DNA of 64,000 bases from Octopus vulgaris (taxonomy: Eukaryota): NCBI GenBank assembly GCA_951406725.2, contig OX597828.1:3782001-3846000 (forward strand). The letters run 5' to 3'. The notes under the pieces were generated by a model, which saw only the letters and a list, made by a program, of their open reading frames with translations, ran no database searches and was not told where the DNA came from. Below are positions 27,478-42,891 of this stretch, in pieces. Numbering within the stretch: position 1 is the stretch's first letter; every line of letters starts with the position of its first letter. Position numbers and translations under genes: made by a program.

Positions 27478-28945
27478 GCTGCTGCCGCTACTGCTGGTGC
27501 TGACACTGCTAGTGCTGCTACTACTGCTACTGCTGCTACTACCACCACCACCACTACCACCACTACCACCACCACCACTACTACTAATACTACTATTTAT
27601 TGTTGTTGTTACTGTTATTATTGAGTTTCTAAATTTCGATCTATTACATCACTTCCTATCTGGTACTTCTGTCCCAACAGGAACTGTACCTTGCCTCTTT
27701 TTTTAAGGCTCATTATACCACACTTCTTGAGTCCAAATTCCACCTTATCATTATCCCTATAACCGTGGTCCGCGTTCCCTGAATAACTCACTTGCCATGC
27801 AGCATCCAATCATCCATTAAGAGATGGTTGAGCCTTAGTGTTTTTCTCTTGAACTGATTCACTTTTCTCAGCACCAACATCAGGGGGATTATGCAAAGCT
27901 TAAAAGGCAACGGAGATAAGCTGTCACCTTGCAAAATCCTACTCTTGACGCCCAAACTAGGGTACATACGATGTCATCTCAGTTTTCCAATCCACCATAT
28001 ACTTCCCATCAGAAAATTAGTTACATTCCTGGCAGTTTTTCAAACATATCTAAGCACTCAGTTTATCGTCGTCGTCGTCGTTATCATCAGCATCATCATC
28101 ATCATCATCATTATCACGTCTACGATTAGTTTTCGACGTAGTAGTAGAAGCAGTACTTACTTGTAGTTGTATTTAAGGATAATGTCGCTGAAGTATTCAA
28201 ATAGCAGAAAGCAGGTGAATTTTGCCGAAAGGGTCAATTTGATGGCATTTGTCACGATACTGGTGCCGCGTATGTTGCCGATTTGGTTTTTGTGAGAGTA
28301 ATTGTCACAATTAAGATGTTTAAGAGGAACTATGATGATGACGATGACGATAATGATGATGATGATGATGATGATGGTGGTAGTGGTGGTGGTGTTGGTG
28401 GTGATGATGGTGGTTGTGGTGGTGGCGGCGGCGGCGAGAGTGGTTCTATCATGGATAATTTTGGCGGGGCTGAAATTTATGGAAACGACTTGTTATTTAT
28501 AGAAGTTATTGATATTCATGATGTTGATGGTGTAGTAGCTGTTCAGTATGTTGATGACTAATATGACCATGATGGTGATACTGATGATGATGATGATAAC
28601 AACGACTACGATGAAAACGATGATGATGATGATGATGGTGTTGTTGTTGGTGACAATGATACAGATAGTGCTATGTACGGTAAAGTTATCGTGTTCGCGC
28701 TGTTTTACATCGTTGCTGACGACATTTGTTGTCACAGTAACGATGACAACAACGAACACGATTGCAATTTTCAGACGAATATAAAGAAGAGGCAGCTGCT
28801 TCGGCAATAAAATCACATTTAGAATTGAAGATAACGATATTACTACTGCTGCTACTGCTGCTAGTTGTGATGATGACGATGATGATGATGATGACGATGA
28901 TGACGACGACGACGACGATGCTGATGATGATGATGACGACGACGA
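27385..28945. repeat. Cluster of trinucleotide low-complexity tracts (CTA/CTG/CCA, ATC, GAT/GGT/GAC)
   Basis: Direct observation. Confidence 0.9.
27630..28050 (-). mobile_element. Non-LTR RT fragment (R4/Dong-like)
   Basis: QGDSLSPL.F and VEFGLKKCG motifs on minus strand. Confidence 0.6.
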
Positions 28946-29330
28946 TGAGGATATTCTTCATGTCTTGAATTACCTCCGAACGCCACAAAAGCAATCTGCT
29001 AAGGAATAACGTGTTTAGAAATAATGATAACTCTTCTAATATTACAAACTTTAGTTACTATTTTTTACTTGATTTCTATTACATTAGAAGTTACCTCTGT
29101 ATTTTTTTTTTAAATTTACATTTTGTAATGTCATTAGTAGATTAAACATTTTTTTTCTGTTTTTAAAGTTTTCCAATGGGTCAATTAACGATGCTCGAAT
29201 TTACTGAAAATAAAAGTGGCACTGAAGTTCACGCCATACCGTAAACTCAGTTGAACAGCAACAAAATTTCCGCCGATGCTCAGGTTTTCCTCCGATATAT
29301 ATATACCCTTTAGATATAAACATACAATCA

Positions 29331-29361
<31 letters not shown>

Positions 29362-29689
29362 GTATATGTATATATATGTATATATGTGTGTGTGCGTGCG
29401 TGTGTCTTTGTGTATGTATCCATTCCCCACCACCATTTGATTATTTATGCCTGTATGTTTATGTAGCTGTAACTTAGCTGCTCGTCAAACGACGGGCGCT
29501 AGAATAAGTATCACGCTTTCAAAAATTAGTACAGACACAGGTACAACGAACTCCCCAAATACACAGAGATACACACACTCAGAGAGGATTTTATTTTGGT
29601 AAGTTTCCTTCTACCAAATGCACTCACAAAGCTTTGGTCGGCTCGAAGCGATGCCATGAACCTGCTTCCAATAAAGCTGGAAACATGTA

Positions 29690-29764
29690 GTTGCAAAGCA
29701 AGCTCCTTGCCCCACAGCCACGTCTTTTGAGTGGATATGGTAGACGGAAACTCAAAGAAGCCCG

Positions 29765-29818
<54 letters not shown>

Positions 29819-29940
29819 TTGTCTGTATGTGGTGTGTGTGTTTGTGTCTGTTCCCCAACACTTCTTGAGAACCGGTGTTGGTGCGTTTACTTCCCCGTGC
29901 ATTTACAGTTTGGAAAAAAGAATAAGTACGAGGCTTAAAA
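29690..29940 (+). mobile_element. Rearranged SINE family 2 fragments
   Basis: ggtagacggaaact.aagaagcccgtc-(TA)n-tgtttgtgtctg..ccggtgttgg; inverted pieces at 29600-29720. Confidence 0.6.
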
Positions 29941-30507
29941 TTTGAATATGTACACGTCGGAGAGTGCGAGAGAGAAGGAGTGCTTGTGGAGTAGTCACTA
30001 CTGACGAGTCTCCAATTTTTCAAACGAAACTAGTGTAGTCTAGTGATCTAGCTTCGCTTATGGGGCGGTTATCACCCCTGACTATATGAAAATGTGCTTT
30101 TTTGCGGCTCTGTGGCTTTTAACTCTTATTTCTAGCAATATTGATACTACCCAGTATCCTCAGTCACAATATGTGAGAGTAGAACTTTTCGTTTTGGGTT
30201 TTATGTTGCGTATAGCTTCTTTCTATATATATATATATATAGAAGAAAATAAATTTAGAAGAAAAAAAATCTGGCAGATAATAAAGTTCTCAGTATTGGA
30301 AAAATTTGCCTATCAATATTCAAAAATTAGACAGCAGTAAATAAGACACATGTAAATGTAAGTAGAATATAGATCCCACGTAAATCCTCATGCATGACAG
30401 GTAAATTCAAATATCTTTTGGTAGAAATTCGAGAAATTCAGAGAATTTGGCAAAAAAAATGCGTTTAGAGAAATTGACATCGTTATTATAGATCTCACAT
30501 TAAATAA

Positions 30508-30569
<62 letters not shown>

Positions 30570-31026
30570 GAGGGTACTATTATTCATAGGTACCGCACGC
30601 TAGGGGGACTTTTGCAGTCAAAACTATTAAAATAAACAAATTGTACCGAATGCAAAACTTCAAAGCAAGTCATTTAGAAACAGAATTTAGTTACATATCA
30701 CCTGTGGTTTCGCAATCAATGCAGAATATGCATTCTATTCTCTTCAGTGCAACGAACTCAAGACATATAAGAAAAACCACAAACATTACAAACCCGACAG
30801 CAAACCGTAGAATTTGCCGCAGCATGTACGAATGTTTATCTTTACATATCTATGAAAATGGCGGGCTTATTCGCAATGCATTTCGGTACAAGTTGTCTAC
30901 TCGGAACAAAAATTCAGTATTGAACTATTCCGGTGAAAAAATATAAATTTAAAATTAAGGATAATTTCTTATAAAGATTTTATCCTTAATTTTAAATATA
31001 TATATATATACATATATATAATATAT

Positions 31027-31057
<31 letters not shown>

Positions 31058-31072
31058 AAGTGTGTGTGTACG

Positions 31073-31127
<55 letters not shown>

Positions 31128-33100
31128 CTATGCACATGTCTGCATAAATGATTGCTTCTAAAACAAGATGCATTGTCTTGCTTTAATATAGGTAAATATA
31201 GCCTTGGCTATGTGGAGATGATTCCATTATACTTAGTCGAACGTTCAGTGGGTATTTCAACTCTGTAAAAGACTTCATTGTTGGCTCCTCAAGTGCTCAC
31301 CAAATCACCATTTTTACCTCCTGCTTTCCACTTAGTTCCTCTTCATAATCAGCAATGTTATATTGTAGGCAGCTGCATTTATCGCTCTTGTTGCTATTAA
31401 AAATGCATTCTCCATACTCCGAGCGCTAAATAATCTAAAACGAACCACGACATTCCTGCTTTCATTTTTCCTAAAGTACTTGTAACGCTCTTGTATTTGT
31501 AATTTTTTAGTTGGAATACTTGATGCCACCCCCCGACTACTTCTTACGGCCCTGAAATTCTGTCAGGATCATCATTTTCGTTTCAGCAGATTCGCATTCA
31601 ACTTGAGGGTGGCATGGGTGACCTGAAAGAGTAACAGCTGTCCTCTCTTTGAGCTACCTTCAAACGACATGATTAGAACTTTTGAAAGTAACTGATTGCT
31701 CTCTTGTTGTGATAGCGGCTCCAGGTTCAGTCTAGGTAAACGAAAGCTTTGTGAGCGGATTTGGTAGACTGAAAGAAGCCGTCGTGTATGTATGTATGTA
31801 TGTATGTATGTATGTATGTATGTATGTATGTATGTATGTATGTATGTATGTATGCATGTATGTATATGTATTAAAATTAATCAAAGGGCATATTAAGTAT
31901 GTCTGCCTGCTGGAAATAACAGTCAAAATCGTTACGCTAGATAATAACATAGAGACTGTTATCTTCGCAAATTATTTTTTCGTGAATTATTTGCTCCATA
32001 TATATATATTTGTATACAAGCCCCCATATGTATATTCACATATATATACAAATAACAACGTATTGATTGTGGTTTACTATAGCTGTTTCAAACGTGTTTT
32101 TTTTTATTGAAGGGAAATGTTATATCATGCAAAAGGAGCCGTTTTTATTAGGTGAATACAGGTAAGAATTGAACATGTTGAACTTTTCAGGAGCAAGTTC
32201 ATAGTGCCATATGACTCTACCGACTTCATCTCGGTACTTTGATATTTAAGTTGCTGATTCTCTAGAGCTCTGGGCATTTAAAAAAAAATAAATATATACA
32301 TATATATGTACGTGCTAATTTTACTGTTACATATATAATTCTTACTAGCAAAATCATAAGCTTTAACAATATGTACACTTATCAGATCTAGATTGCACGA
32401 GTGAAATGATTCTCAATATTTTCAGTTCTAAACATCCATTGTGTCGAGCACTACCGTTTCTAATTATGTAGTATTATTAACATTTTGGAGAATGTTGGCA
32501 TCGGTTTAAATGATTCTCTTTTTCTGTGTGAAGTGCAATGCGTTGAATCTTCAACATATTTCAGATCGGTTTGTAAACTAGCTTCATTTTCCCTTATTGC
32601 TAGGCAACTGTTTTAATCTGAAAATGTGTATTCAACTTGATGCTGGTTTTGGGATTCATATTAGACAATCAAAAGAATTATAATATTTATGTTAGAGTAT
32701 CAAATCTTCCGTCGTTGAAATATGATATAGGCACTGAAAATCCCTTCCATTGCATTTTATTACAGTTTTAAATATCATATCTCAAATAATGTAGCTTGAT
32801 TTCTGATCAGTGAATCATCTAAGCAATATCAGATTTCGAATATATTAATCTTATTTGGGGCTGCCATAAATAGTATATTTAATCTTTATATTCTGTGGTC
32901 ATTTAGATATGTTCCATGCATGTTGAAATTCTTAGTACAAATACAAATTAATTGTGTCTATATGAAAATCTTCTTATGTATAACTTTTAGCAGTCGTTTC
33001 AGAAGAGATGGTTTTTGGTTTCATCATCTCAGTATATAACATACATCTCTCTAGCTGTACAGTTGTTCCTGAAAACTAATAATCTATTTATTTATATGTC

Positions 33101-33315
33101 AGGAGCGGCTGCGTGGTAAGTAGTTTGCTTACGAACCACATGGTTCCGGGTTCGGTCCCACTGTGTGGCACCTTGGGCTAGTGTCTTCTACTATAGCCTC
33201 GGGCCGACCAAAGCCTTGTGAATGGATTTGGTAGACGAAAACTCAAAGAAGCCCGTCGTATATATGTATGTATATATATATATATATATATATATACATA
33301 CATATATATATGTGT

Positions 33316-33360
<45 letters not shown>

Positions 33361-33406
33361 TGTGTTTGTCCCCCAACAACGCTTGGCTACCTATGCTGGT
33401 GTGTTT

Positions 33407-33410
<4 letters not shown>
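33101..33410 (+). mobile_element. SINE family 2, 3' end replaced by (GA)n
   Basis: Head and body match 12267-12510. Confidence 0.85.
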
Positions 33411-33503
<93 letters not shown>

Positions 33504-33584
33504 GGCAACGGACATGCGTTAATACTCATTGATAAAATTGTAGACTCGCCAAATTATGGACTTGCTCAAGTCTGAATAAGGAAG

Positions 33585-33672
<88 letters not shown>

Positions 33673-33849
33673 CATACATATGTATGTGTATGTATGCATA
33701 TATATATATATATATGTATACACATGTATGTGTATGTATGTATGTATATACATATATATGTATACACATGTATGTGTATGTATGTATATATATATATATA
33801 TACGTATATATATAATACATATGTATGCACGTGAATGTGTATGTATGTA

Positions 33850-34345
33850 ACCCCAGTACAACCTGTTGTGGGTCGTCAGTGACTAAACCGGCAACCACCA
33901 AGCTTGCTTTGTGAGGAGGGTGTTATTGGACACCCTATGGGATGAAAAGCAAAACCCGTCAAAGGGCGGAGGAACGCTTGAGAGTCAACGGCCATCCAAT
34001 AAATGCCTTAGGGCTGTATCATGCGCGGGGACATAGAAATAATCGGACTGAATACCTGATCGCGCGGTTAAACCATTGGGAGTGAAGGACTCCTAGCCTT
34101 TGTTAGGGCATCCTTCTAGGAGAAGATAACTCAGGTAACTGGGATAACTCCGACATAAAACCTGCGGCTCAGTGGTTACCGATGATGTTGACTTGTTCTT
34201 CTTTTCGGATTATGGCTGCTGTTGCTTAATGAGTGGGATTGACTCAGTGCACAGCCGTTCCTCGCTTTAAAAAGAAATCTTCTTGAACAGGCATTGCATG
34301 ATAACGACATTGATTAAGTTTCGTGCAAAGGTCATACTCGATAAC
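33850..34345 (+). mobile_element. GC-richer insert resembling an RTE-LINE 5' UTR
   Basis: Motif ggcatccttctaggagaag.taactc similar to RTE 5' UTRs (recalled, not searched); no ORF. Confidence 0.4.
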
Positions 34346-34360
34346 GAGGGGGCAGCCACC

Positions 34361-34409
<49 letters not shown>

Positions 34410-34480
34410 GGTCCCGGGTTGAGTCGGGGTTAACCACAGTAAATAAGGTACTCAATACATAGCAGAGTAAATTAATTTAT

Positions 34481-34609
34481 TTTATAGAAGGAGCTTCTAC
34501 AGGACTAGAACTGTTTCATTCAAAAGAAATCATCAGGAAGCTCATCAGTGCTTCCTGATGATTTCTTTTGAATGAAACAGTTCTAGTCCTGTAGAAGATC
34601 CTTCTATAA

Positions 34610-34610
<1 letters not shown>
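34481..34610. ncRNA. Hairpin of two head-to-head type I hammerheads (34492-34542 minus; 34551-34597 plus)
   Basis: CUUC-CUGAUGA-uUUCuuuuGAAu-GAAA-CAG(8 nt)CUG-UA-GAAG on both strands; 61-bp arms, 8-nt loop. Confidence 0.75.
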
Positions 34611-34660
<50 letters not shown>

Positions 34661-34739
34661 GTGTGTCTATGTATGCATGCATATATATGTATCTATCTAT
34701 ATATATTTATATGCATATACATACGGTACACACACACAC

Positions 34740-34800
<61 letters not shown>

Positions 34801-34808
<8 letters not shown>

Positions 34809-36765
34809 ATGTTACATTACTCGGTAGTCAAGATAAAACTCTGAGTTTCAGATGCCGAAGTGGAAATCCACAACACCATCTCTTCGGTTATCTGGCTATT
34901 TGAAAACGTTATGAAAAAATACCGTTAAATAAAGGGAAATTACTCTGTTATAACTCTGCTTGCCTGCGTACTTATACATCGCTCGCATTTTTCGTCATAA
35001 AAAATTATGTAAAAATTATATAAAAATACATTAAAAAAATATTAAAAATATATAAAAATATATAAAAAATATATAAAATCTTCTTGGGACATAACATAGA
35101 AAGCATGTTCTATATGTTTTCTTTAGGGGACCAAAAACGTAACAGAAATTTAGTCACATGTGGGCATGATCCGAAAAGCTCTGTCCATGTAGTAGGGTCT
35201 AAGCTGCTTTTCCAGATAAGCCATCTCTCCATGTCGCATAGACCGCACCTTCCGCTGCCGTTAGTATAGGGCTTACATCTGGCCAAAATCTTCCATTGTA
35301 TGTTATAATCGACACCTTTATCTCTTAAAGACCAAATATGATTAGATAATTGTGTCGCTTTTCTTTTGTTCCAGTGCCTAAAGCTCAAAGTGTGGTTATT
35401 GAACCTGGCCTTGAAATTACCCTCTGTAAGGCCCACGTATTTCTTCGTCGAAACGGTGTCTTTAGTGGTTATAGAGTTTACGGTAGCTTCATATATGATG
35501 GTCTTGGACATGCAAGCTCCATTTAGCGGGCACAATTCTTTATTCCTGCATGAACAGCTGTTTTCTTCTTGTGTTTTTTGTATGTTATGTTTGATTATGT
35601 TTTTAAAATTGGTAGTTGAACTAAAACTAATTTTTAATTGTGTATATTGAAGAGTTTCCTATAAGTATGGTTAACTGGAAAATGTCTATCTATCAGTGCT
35701 AGGAAATATTTACCTATATTGAAGGCCACCTTCCTATTTCTATTATTCCTTTTCCTTACTGTTGGGCTAGTGATAGGTGTATATTTTATTTTTTCGCTAA
35801 AACCACTATCTTTTAAAGCCTTATTATAAACTGGGGCAACGCTATTGAAGATGTCCTCATCAGATGAGAGGCTAGAAATCCTCTTACTAATATTTTTAAC
35901 TAAATATTTGAATACTATAGGGGGATGGCATGAACCTACATTAATATAACTTAGTCTATCATTGGGCTTCCTATAAGGCTTATAAATATTCTTATTAAGA
36001 TCTAAAGAAACGTCTAAGAAATTGACAACCGTCAGGTTAGTATCTATAGTTATACTAAGTCCGAAGTGTTTCATTAACTGGATAATATCCTTCCTAAAAC
36101 GATCTTGTGCTGGTCCATTTGTATTAGCTGTTAAGGCGAGGGCATCATCTTTGTAGATGGCGAAATGTACGTTAGGGAATGTCTTACCTAAGGTATCTAG
36201 GAGAAAAAGTCCAATTAGATCACAGATGCCTGCCCCATCATATGAACCCATGCTCATATCGAAAGCGCCCTCTGTGTCGGTGTTTTTTACCCACTTTGCG
36301 TTCTCACTGAAAAGTAATGTCTTTCTAGCATGGAAGATTATGTCCTTATCATTGGTACTAATTTCTATGAAGTCACTAGCGAAGATGAGGGCTTTATCTA
36401 GCAGTTCTTTAGAGATAGAGGCATAAAAATCAACAATATCGAATTGTGTAAACCTCGCTTTTTTCTTATTCTTAATAGCTTTAAACCAGTCTACGACTTC
36501 TATATTATTGGACCATTGTACTAGCCTAGTAGCGGTCTTAATTTTCGTATTTATTTTATCTAAAATTTCTTTGCCAAGTTCTGACTTGGCTGGGTTGATA
36601 AGCCTACATTTAGGGTTGGAAAGGAAGTTTTCTTTATGATCTTTAATAGTAATAAAGGCCTCTTTTGGGGGGGAGGGCTTCTATTTTTTTATCTAATTTA
36701 AGTTTAGCGGCGATGACGCTAGCTTCTTTATTAATTTCGTTCCGAGTAATGTAACATATTGTATA
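34801..36765 (-). mobile_element. 5'-truncated Penelope-like element (RT plus C-terminal GIY-YIG; tentatively Nematis-like)
   Basis: KDHKENF..NPKCRLINP, FDIVDFY, MGSYDGA, YKDD, FLDV, CSC..CPL..C, IIY..YVGLT..FK.R..NH; 24-bp inverted terminal tail (34801-34824 / 36742-36765). Confidence 0.92.
34831..34893 (-). ncRNA. Hammerhead variant in the 3' pLTR of the PLE
   Basis: AGAUAA-CCGAAGA-GAUG..CAUC-u-GAAA-CUCaGAG-UU-UUAUCU. Confidence 0.6.
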
Positions 36766-36831
36766 GATAAATTTCTTCTATTTACATAATATTGAGGTCT
36801 CTTTCTTTCTTTTGTTATCTTACCGTTTTAT

Positions 36832-36869
<38 letters not shown>

Positions 36870-36873
<4 letters not shown>

Positions 36874-37066
36874 CTATATTTGAGAGATGAGGAATTATGA
36901 ACATTATTTACAATTGATAGATATTTGTCCTCATCTTGTTTTTTGTTAACACCGTCATCAGGTGTTTTGAACCTGGGTTCTCATTCCTAAGGTATTTTTT
37001 GATCTTCTTCTTCTTCTTCTTCTTCTTCTTCTTCTTCTTCTTCTTCTTTTTCTTCTTAATAATAAC

Positions 37067-37130
<64 letters not shown>

Positions 37131-37275
37131 TCTAAAAATATCTTAGGAATGAGAACTCAGGTTCGAAATTTTCCCAAGACACCTGATAAATACCGGAAGG
37201 TGTATCAGACGAAACGTTGTGAACAAGATGAGTACAAATATCCGTCTAATGTAAATAGTGCAAATAATGTATATA
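36870..37275. repeat. Diverged fold-back around (CTT)n(AAT)n with decayed minimal HHR (37180-37221, plus)
   Basis: Arms are reverse complements; CAC-CUGAUaA..CGAAACGUU-GUG on right arm, tcatcaggtg on left. Confidence 0.65.
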
Positions 37276-37529
37276 TATAAGCCTGGGTACCAGGTCAAAT
37301 GCCAAGGAAGTAACTTGATTTTCAGCTACGATTAATTAATTGAAAAATTAAGCCATGTTAAAAAAAATGTTATATTAATAAATTAAGACTAATAATTTTA
37401 CTATTAATTAAAATTCTTAAATTAACTTTCTGGCTTATGTCATTCAGAAATGCATCCATGCGATAAAGCCACTTGGTTGACCACATTTTTTGCTTAGTTA
37501 TTTGGAGGGATAATAATTACTTTCTCGTC

Positions 37530-38600
37530 ATTCTCAGTTCATGAAGTTGCATAGGATGGAAAGCTTCAAACCGATTGCTTTAAATTTCTGTTACGCGTCT
37601 TATTTTAAAGACGCGGCAAAATACGGCTTGAATAGAAAGTAGAGACTCTTAAACGTAAGAGATGCTCTTTGTCTCTCGATGATAGAGGAAGTCTTAGTAG
37701 AAAGACAGAATCACTTTCGTAGGAACCGTAGGAATCGTTCGAGCTAATGGATTCCATGATATTACCGTGAAACCAAGAGCTGATGCATTGTGATCCACTC
37801 ATTAATTTTGTTGGGTGCATATTTCACAAAATGAGATTTAAGGATTCCACCGGAACCCTTGAGCTCAAATTGAAACATCTGTATCAATGACAACAATATC
37901 CACAGACTTGTAAGTTCGACCTTCGCCTGAAAACGTTCCAAGCTGCAAACTGTGGAGCTGATTGCTGTTTAAACGAGACAGTATGGATCCATAAGCCAAT
38001 GTCTTAGATCTTATTCTATTAGCGGTAACACAAGTAAACCCTTCATATTTAAGCAGTTATAGAGATGAAACTGTATTCCCCAATAATTTTGGTGTCAGCT
38101 TCTGCCACAGTGGTGATATATGCATCACCAACTTCTAGCAATAGTCTTGCACAGTTTGCAGATCTCTCCCCACTTGATAAACAAGCTGTCATGATACTGG
38201 TTAAGTGCTTGACAGCAATATTACGCAGTAGGTAATAAGCTTTCATGTTCACGTTCATAACGTTGGACTTTGTGATATTATATACTAGCGGAAGGATCTG
38301 TTTGAAATTTCCACAGAGAGGTGTGAGGATGCATCACATAGATTTAGTTATTTCAGGATTTAGCTGAAATGTACGGTGCATTGCTTTGTAGCTGATTTGT
38401 CCGTTATTGGTACTTCTAGGTGAATCACAAAATATAATAATCGAGCCTAGAAGGTTTCTTATTCTTCCCAAAAGCTTCCATTGTATGGAAGATAATATAG
38501 TCAGCTTCCAGAAATCCCCTTACCAAACATGCCTCACAGATGACAACAACTGTCCATTCATTATTCTCAGGTGGGCATAGGAGATAAGATGCATGGACAT
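37530..38600 (-). mobile_element. Highly degraded Helitron Rep/PIF1-helicase relic
   Basis: Fragments EACLVRGFLEAD, GE.RTYKSVDIV, PVE.LN, L*N.HPTKL.SG, VFLLRLPL in expected order. Confidence 0.55.
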
Positions 38601-39885
38601 CATTGTAAACACCGCCTTGACTTGACGAAAACTAATTGTGTAGAAAAAACCAAATTACAAGCACCTTGAATACTTGGTCGTTTTTGAGTTCAATCGGTTC
38701 TTTCTCTTTTCGGTTATTCTACACTTTGCTACTTGCTTGAAGATTACTACACAGTAATCTTTAGGTAATTTAGTGTTGAAAATAATTGCCGCTTATGCAG
38801 AGATCACAAAAGGTGTTATGGTTGTTGTTGGTAGGATGAAGAACTAAAACTGAAAACAGAAAATAAAATTTAAACATGTTTTCACTGACATTCAAATTCT
38901 AAATCTTTCCTTTTGTCCATCTGAACACACACACGTGATAACCGACATACACCTCGAATGGTTTTGCATTAGTAATAACGATACGGAATCTGAAAGTTTG
39001 AGAATTATTTAGCATATATTGATTGCGTGTTATTTTACGGGTTACAATTGAAACAAACTTCACACAGGCTTAATTTACTGATATATAAAGTCACAGAAGA
39101 TGTTACAAAACAATAAAGTGAATGATGCAGTAAGAATTAAAAGCATACTCATACTAGAAATAATGAAAATGTATTTCACATGATATTAATTTAATTTGAA
39201 TTCTTACATTTTTACAAACAGTGACACTTTTGCATGAAATTAGTATAAACCATAAGTTTTCTAACAAATCAATAACCTTACTCTATTAACGTCATTGTAC
39301 TATTTCTTTATACAAATTTAAAATCTTAAAATCTTCCGTGCTCCTCCAAAGATGTCTTAATCCTCAGAAAATTTTTTGTCTTTCTAAAATGTTCTCTTTA
39401 TAGAAATGTGTCACTATATACGCAATCTTTGAATCCTATAAAACTTTGGATCAACTTAACTATTTTACTGCTTCTTCAAACGCTATAACATTTTTGACAT
39501 CTTTAAAACTTTTCTACTCCTACTAAGAATATTATGCAATACCTAAAATTTCATGTGGTCCCTTAAATTTTCTGCGCCTCCGAACCAATTCTGTTCTACC
39601 TGCAAAAAGAAGTGGTCCATTCTTACTAAAAAAATAACAAATAATCAGGAAGATTTTATCGAATGACATATCACATTTCAAAATGTTGAACAATCAGAAG
39701 TAAATTCAAAGAGGTGAGCATATTTTCAGGAACTAAGAGCCGAGGAAGCGGTTCTTTTATTTTTCCAGTTAATTTAAATTCTTTTTTATCTTTAGGGAGC
39801 CTTGTTCATAAGTTTTTCAGAGCACACCAGATTATCCACACATACGCATACACACACACACGCACATACACACATACATATACAA

Positions 39886-40917
<1,032 letters not shown>

Positions 40918-40925
40918 AGAGAGAG

Positions 40926-41208
40926 AGAGAGAAGATTTTTTTCTCAAAGTGTTAAGCTGAGTAAAGAACCTTTTTTAAAAAGTCGCAAGTCGCTAGGCTT
41001 TGGGAAGAGATTTCACAAAAAGCGTGTAGGCTTTGCTTTTATAAATGTGCAAGCGCTTTCAGTTCTTAACGCTTTCAAGCACGTATCATTATATAAACGC
41101 AAAACCTACACACATTTTATGAAATCTCTTCCCAAAGGTTAGTGTCTTTCGGCTTTCTGAAAAGGTTCTTTTCTCAATCTTAACTCTTTGACAAAAAAAT
41201 CTTCTCTC
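40926..41208. repeat. Diverged fold-back (~118-bp arms) in (TA)n
   Basis: 40926-41045 is an imperfect reverse complement of 41092-41208. Confidence 0.75.
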
Positions 41209-41245
41209 CAAATATTATAACTAACTGCATCAAGGAATTTCGAAA

Positions 41246-41291
<46 letters not shown>

Positions 41292-41297
41292 GTGTGC

Positions 41298-41341
<44 letters not shown>

Positions 41342-41934
41342 GCACTTACACACAAGCACGCACTCATATACAGATGAAAACTCTTTTGTCGTTCCCATGG
41401 TATAACACTTTTCTAATCAATATTGTCCTCCGAATGATAAAATCTTCGTCTATTTTCCCTCTCTTCAACTGTCTCTTGTTCTCTTATTTGCTGCTAATGT
41501 GTTTTGTTGTAGCTTCAGCTGTTGTGCAATGACTTACTTCAACGGTTTACATTGATTACCAGACATTTTAGCAATATATTTGATTTCTTTATATAATTTT
41601 CTTCTCCTCCCCCTAGTATCCTCGTCCCCATGGACCGGATTAATTTATCTACTCTATGTATTTATCTATTTCGTTACTTGCTGAGTTATATATTTCATAT
41701 CTTTAAGTGTTTCCATAATTGAATTTGTATTTTTAATTCTACAATTTATTACTTCCAATATAAGCTATATATCATTGAAAACCAAATATCTGGAGATGAA
41801 AAAGACATCTTCCTCTCATTTTATTTCTTCGAAGTTTCAAAAATAAAAACTTAACGCCACTCTCTCTTTCTTACTTCATCTGCCTCTGTCTGTCTATCTA
41901 ATTCAATTTCTGTAACTGACTGTCTGTATTGACA

Positions 41935-41982
<48 letters not shown>

Positions 41983-42847
41983 CACAGAGTCACATACACA
42001 TATACACAAATATATATGTATATATATACACACATATATACATATATATCTATATCTACACAAACGCACACACATATATATCCATACACACACACAAATT
42101 TATATCTGTATTTGCATCTATATATGTGTGGTAGTGTGGTCGTAGGTTTTTGTGAAGTCATAGAAAAGTTTCTGTAACATACAGTGAGTTTTGGACATTT
42201 GAAACCTGACGGGATCTAGCGAACTCCAGGTCTAAGAGAAAGGAGGTAAAAGAGAAAATAGAATGAAAATAAGAATCAACACTAGTCCTGCAGTCGTGAT
42301 TTAAGTATCGACTCCGCAGTGATAAAAAGGCAATATTTTCACTTCTGCAGAATTTTTCTCAGCCCGAAGTGAACTGGGAAGAATATATCCAGGCAGTTAT
42401 CCGGCGCTATAGTATTTCTTCCACATCACTCTGTTTACTTAGAAACACACACACACAAACACACATGCATACACACACATGCATGTGCGCGCACACACTA
42501 CACACGCGTACACACACGTACACACAGCGCATTTATTTACAGACATACTCATACTCATATACGTACACACATATTTACTCACTCACCCACCCATACGCAT
42601 ATGCATTTTAAAATGATTTTTAAAATAGTAGTTTTGTTGTGTTCTCCTACAGAATATGTGAGAAAGGTTATAAAGGGGGTGGGGAGGCAGGATTTAAAGC
42701 GAGTCTAGAATAAATAGTCATATTTAATGGTAGGAAAGATTTGAATTTTTGATATATGTAAAGAAATTTATGGTTAGTAGTGGAAATGTAGATGAGATGC
42801 GAAAGGCATTATGCACAGCGTGGATCATATGATGTATGTAGGCAGAA

Positions 42848-42849
<2 letters not shown>

Positions 42850-42891
<42 letters not shown>

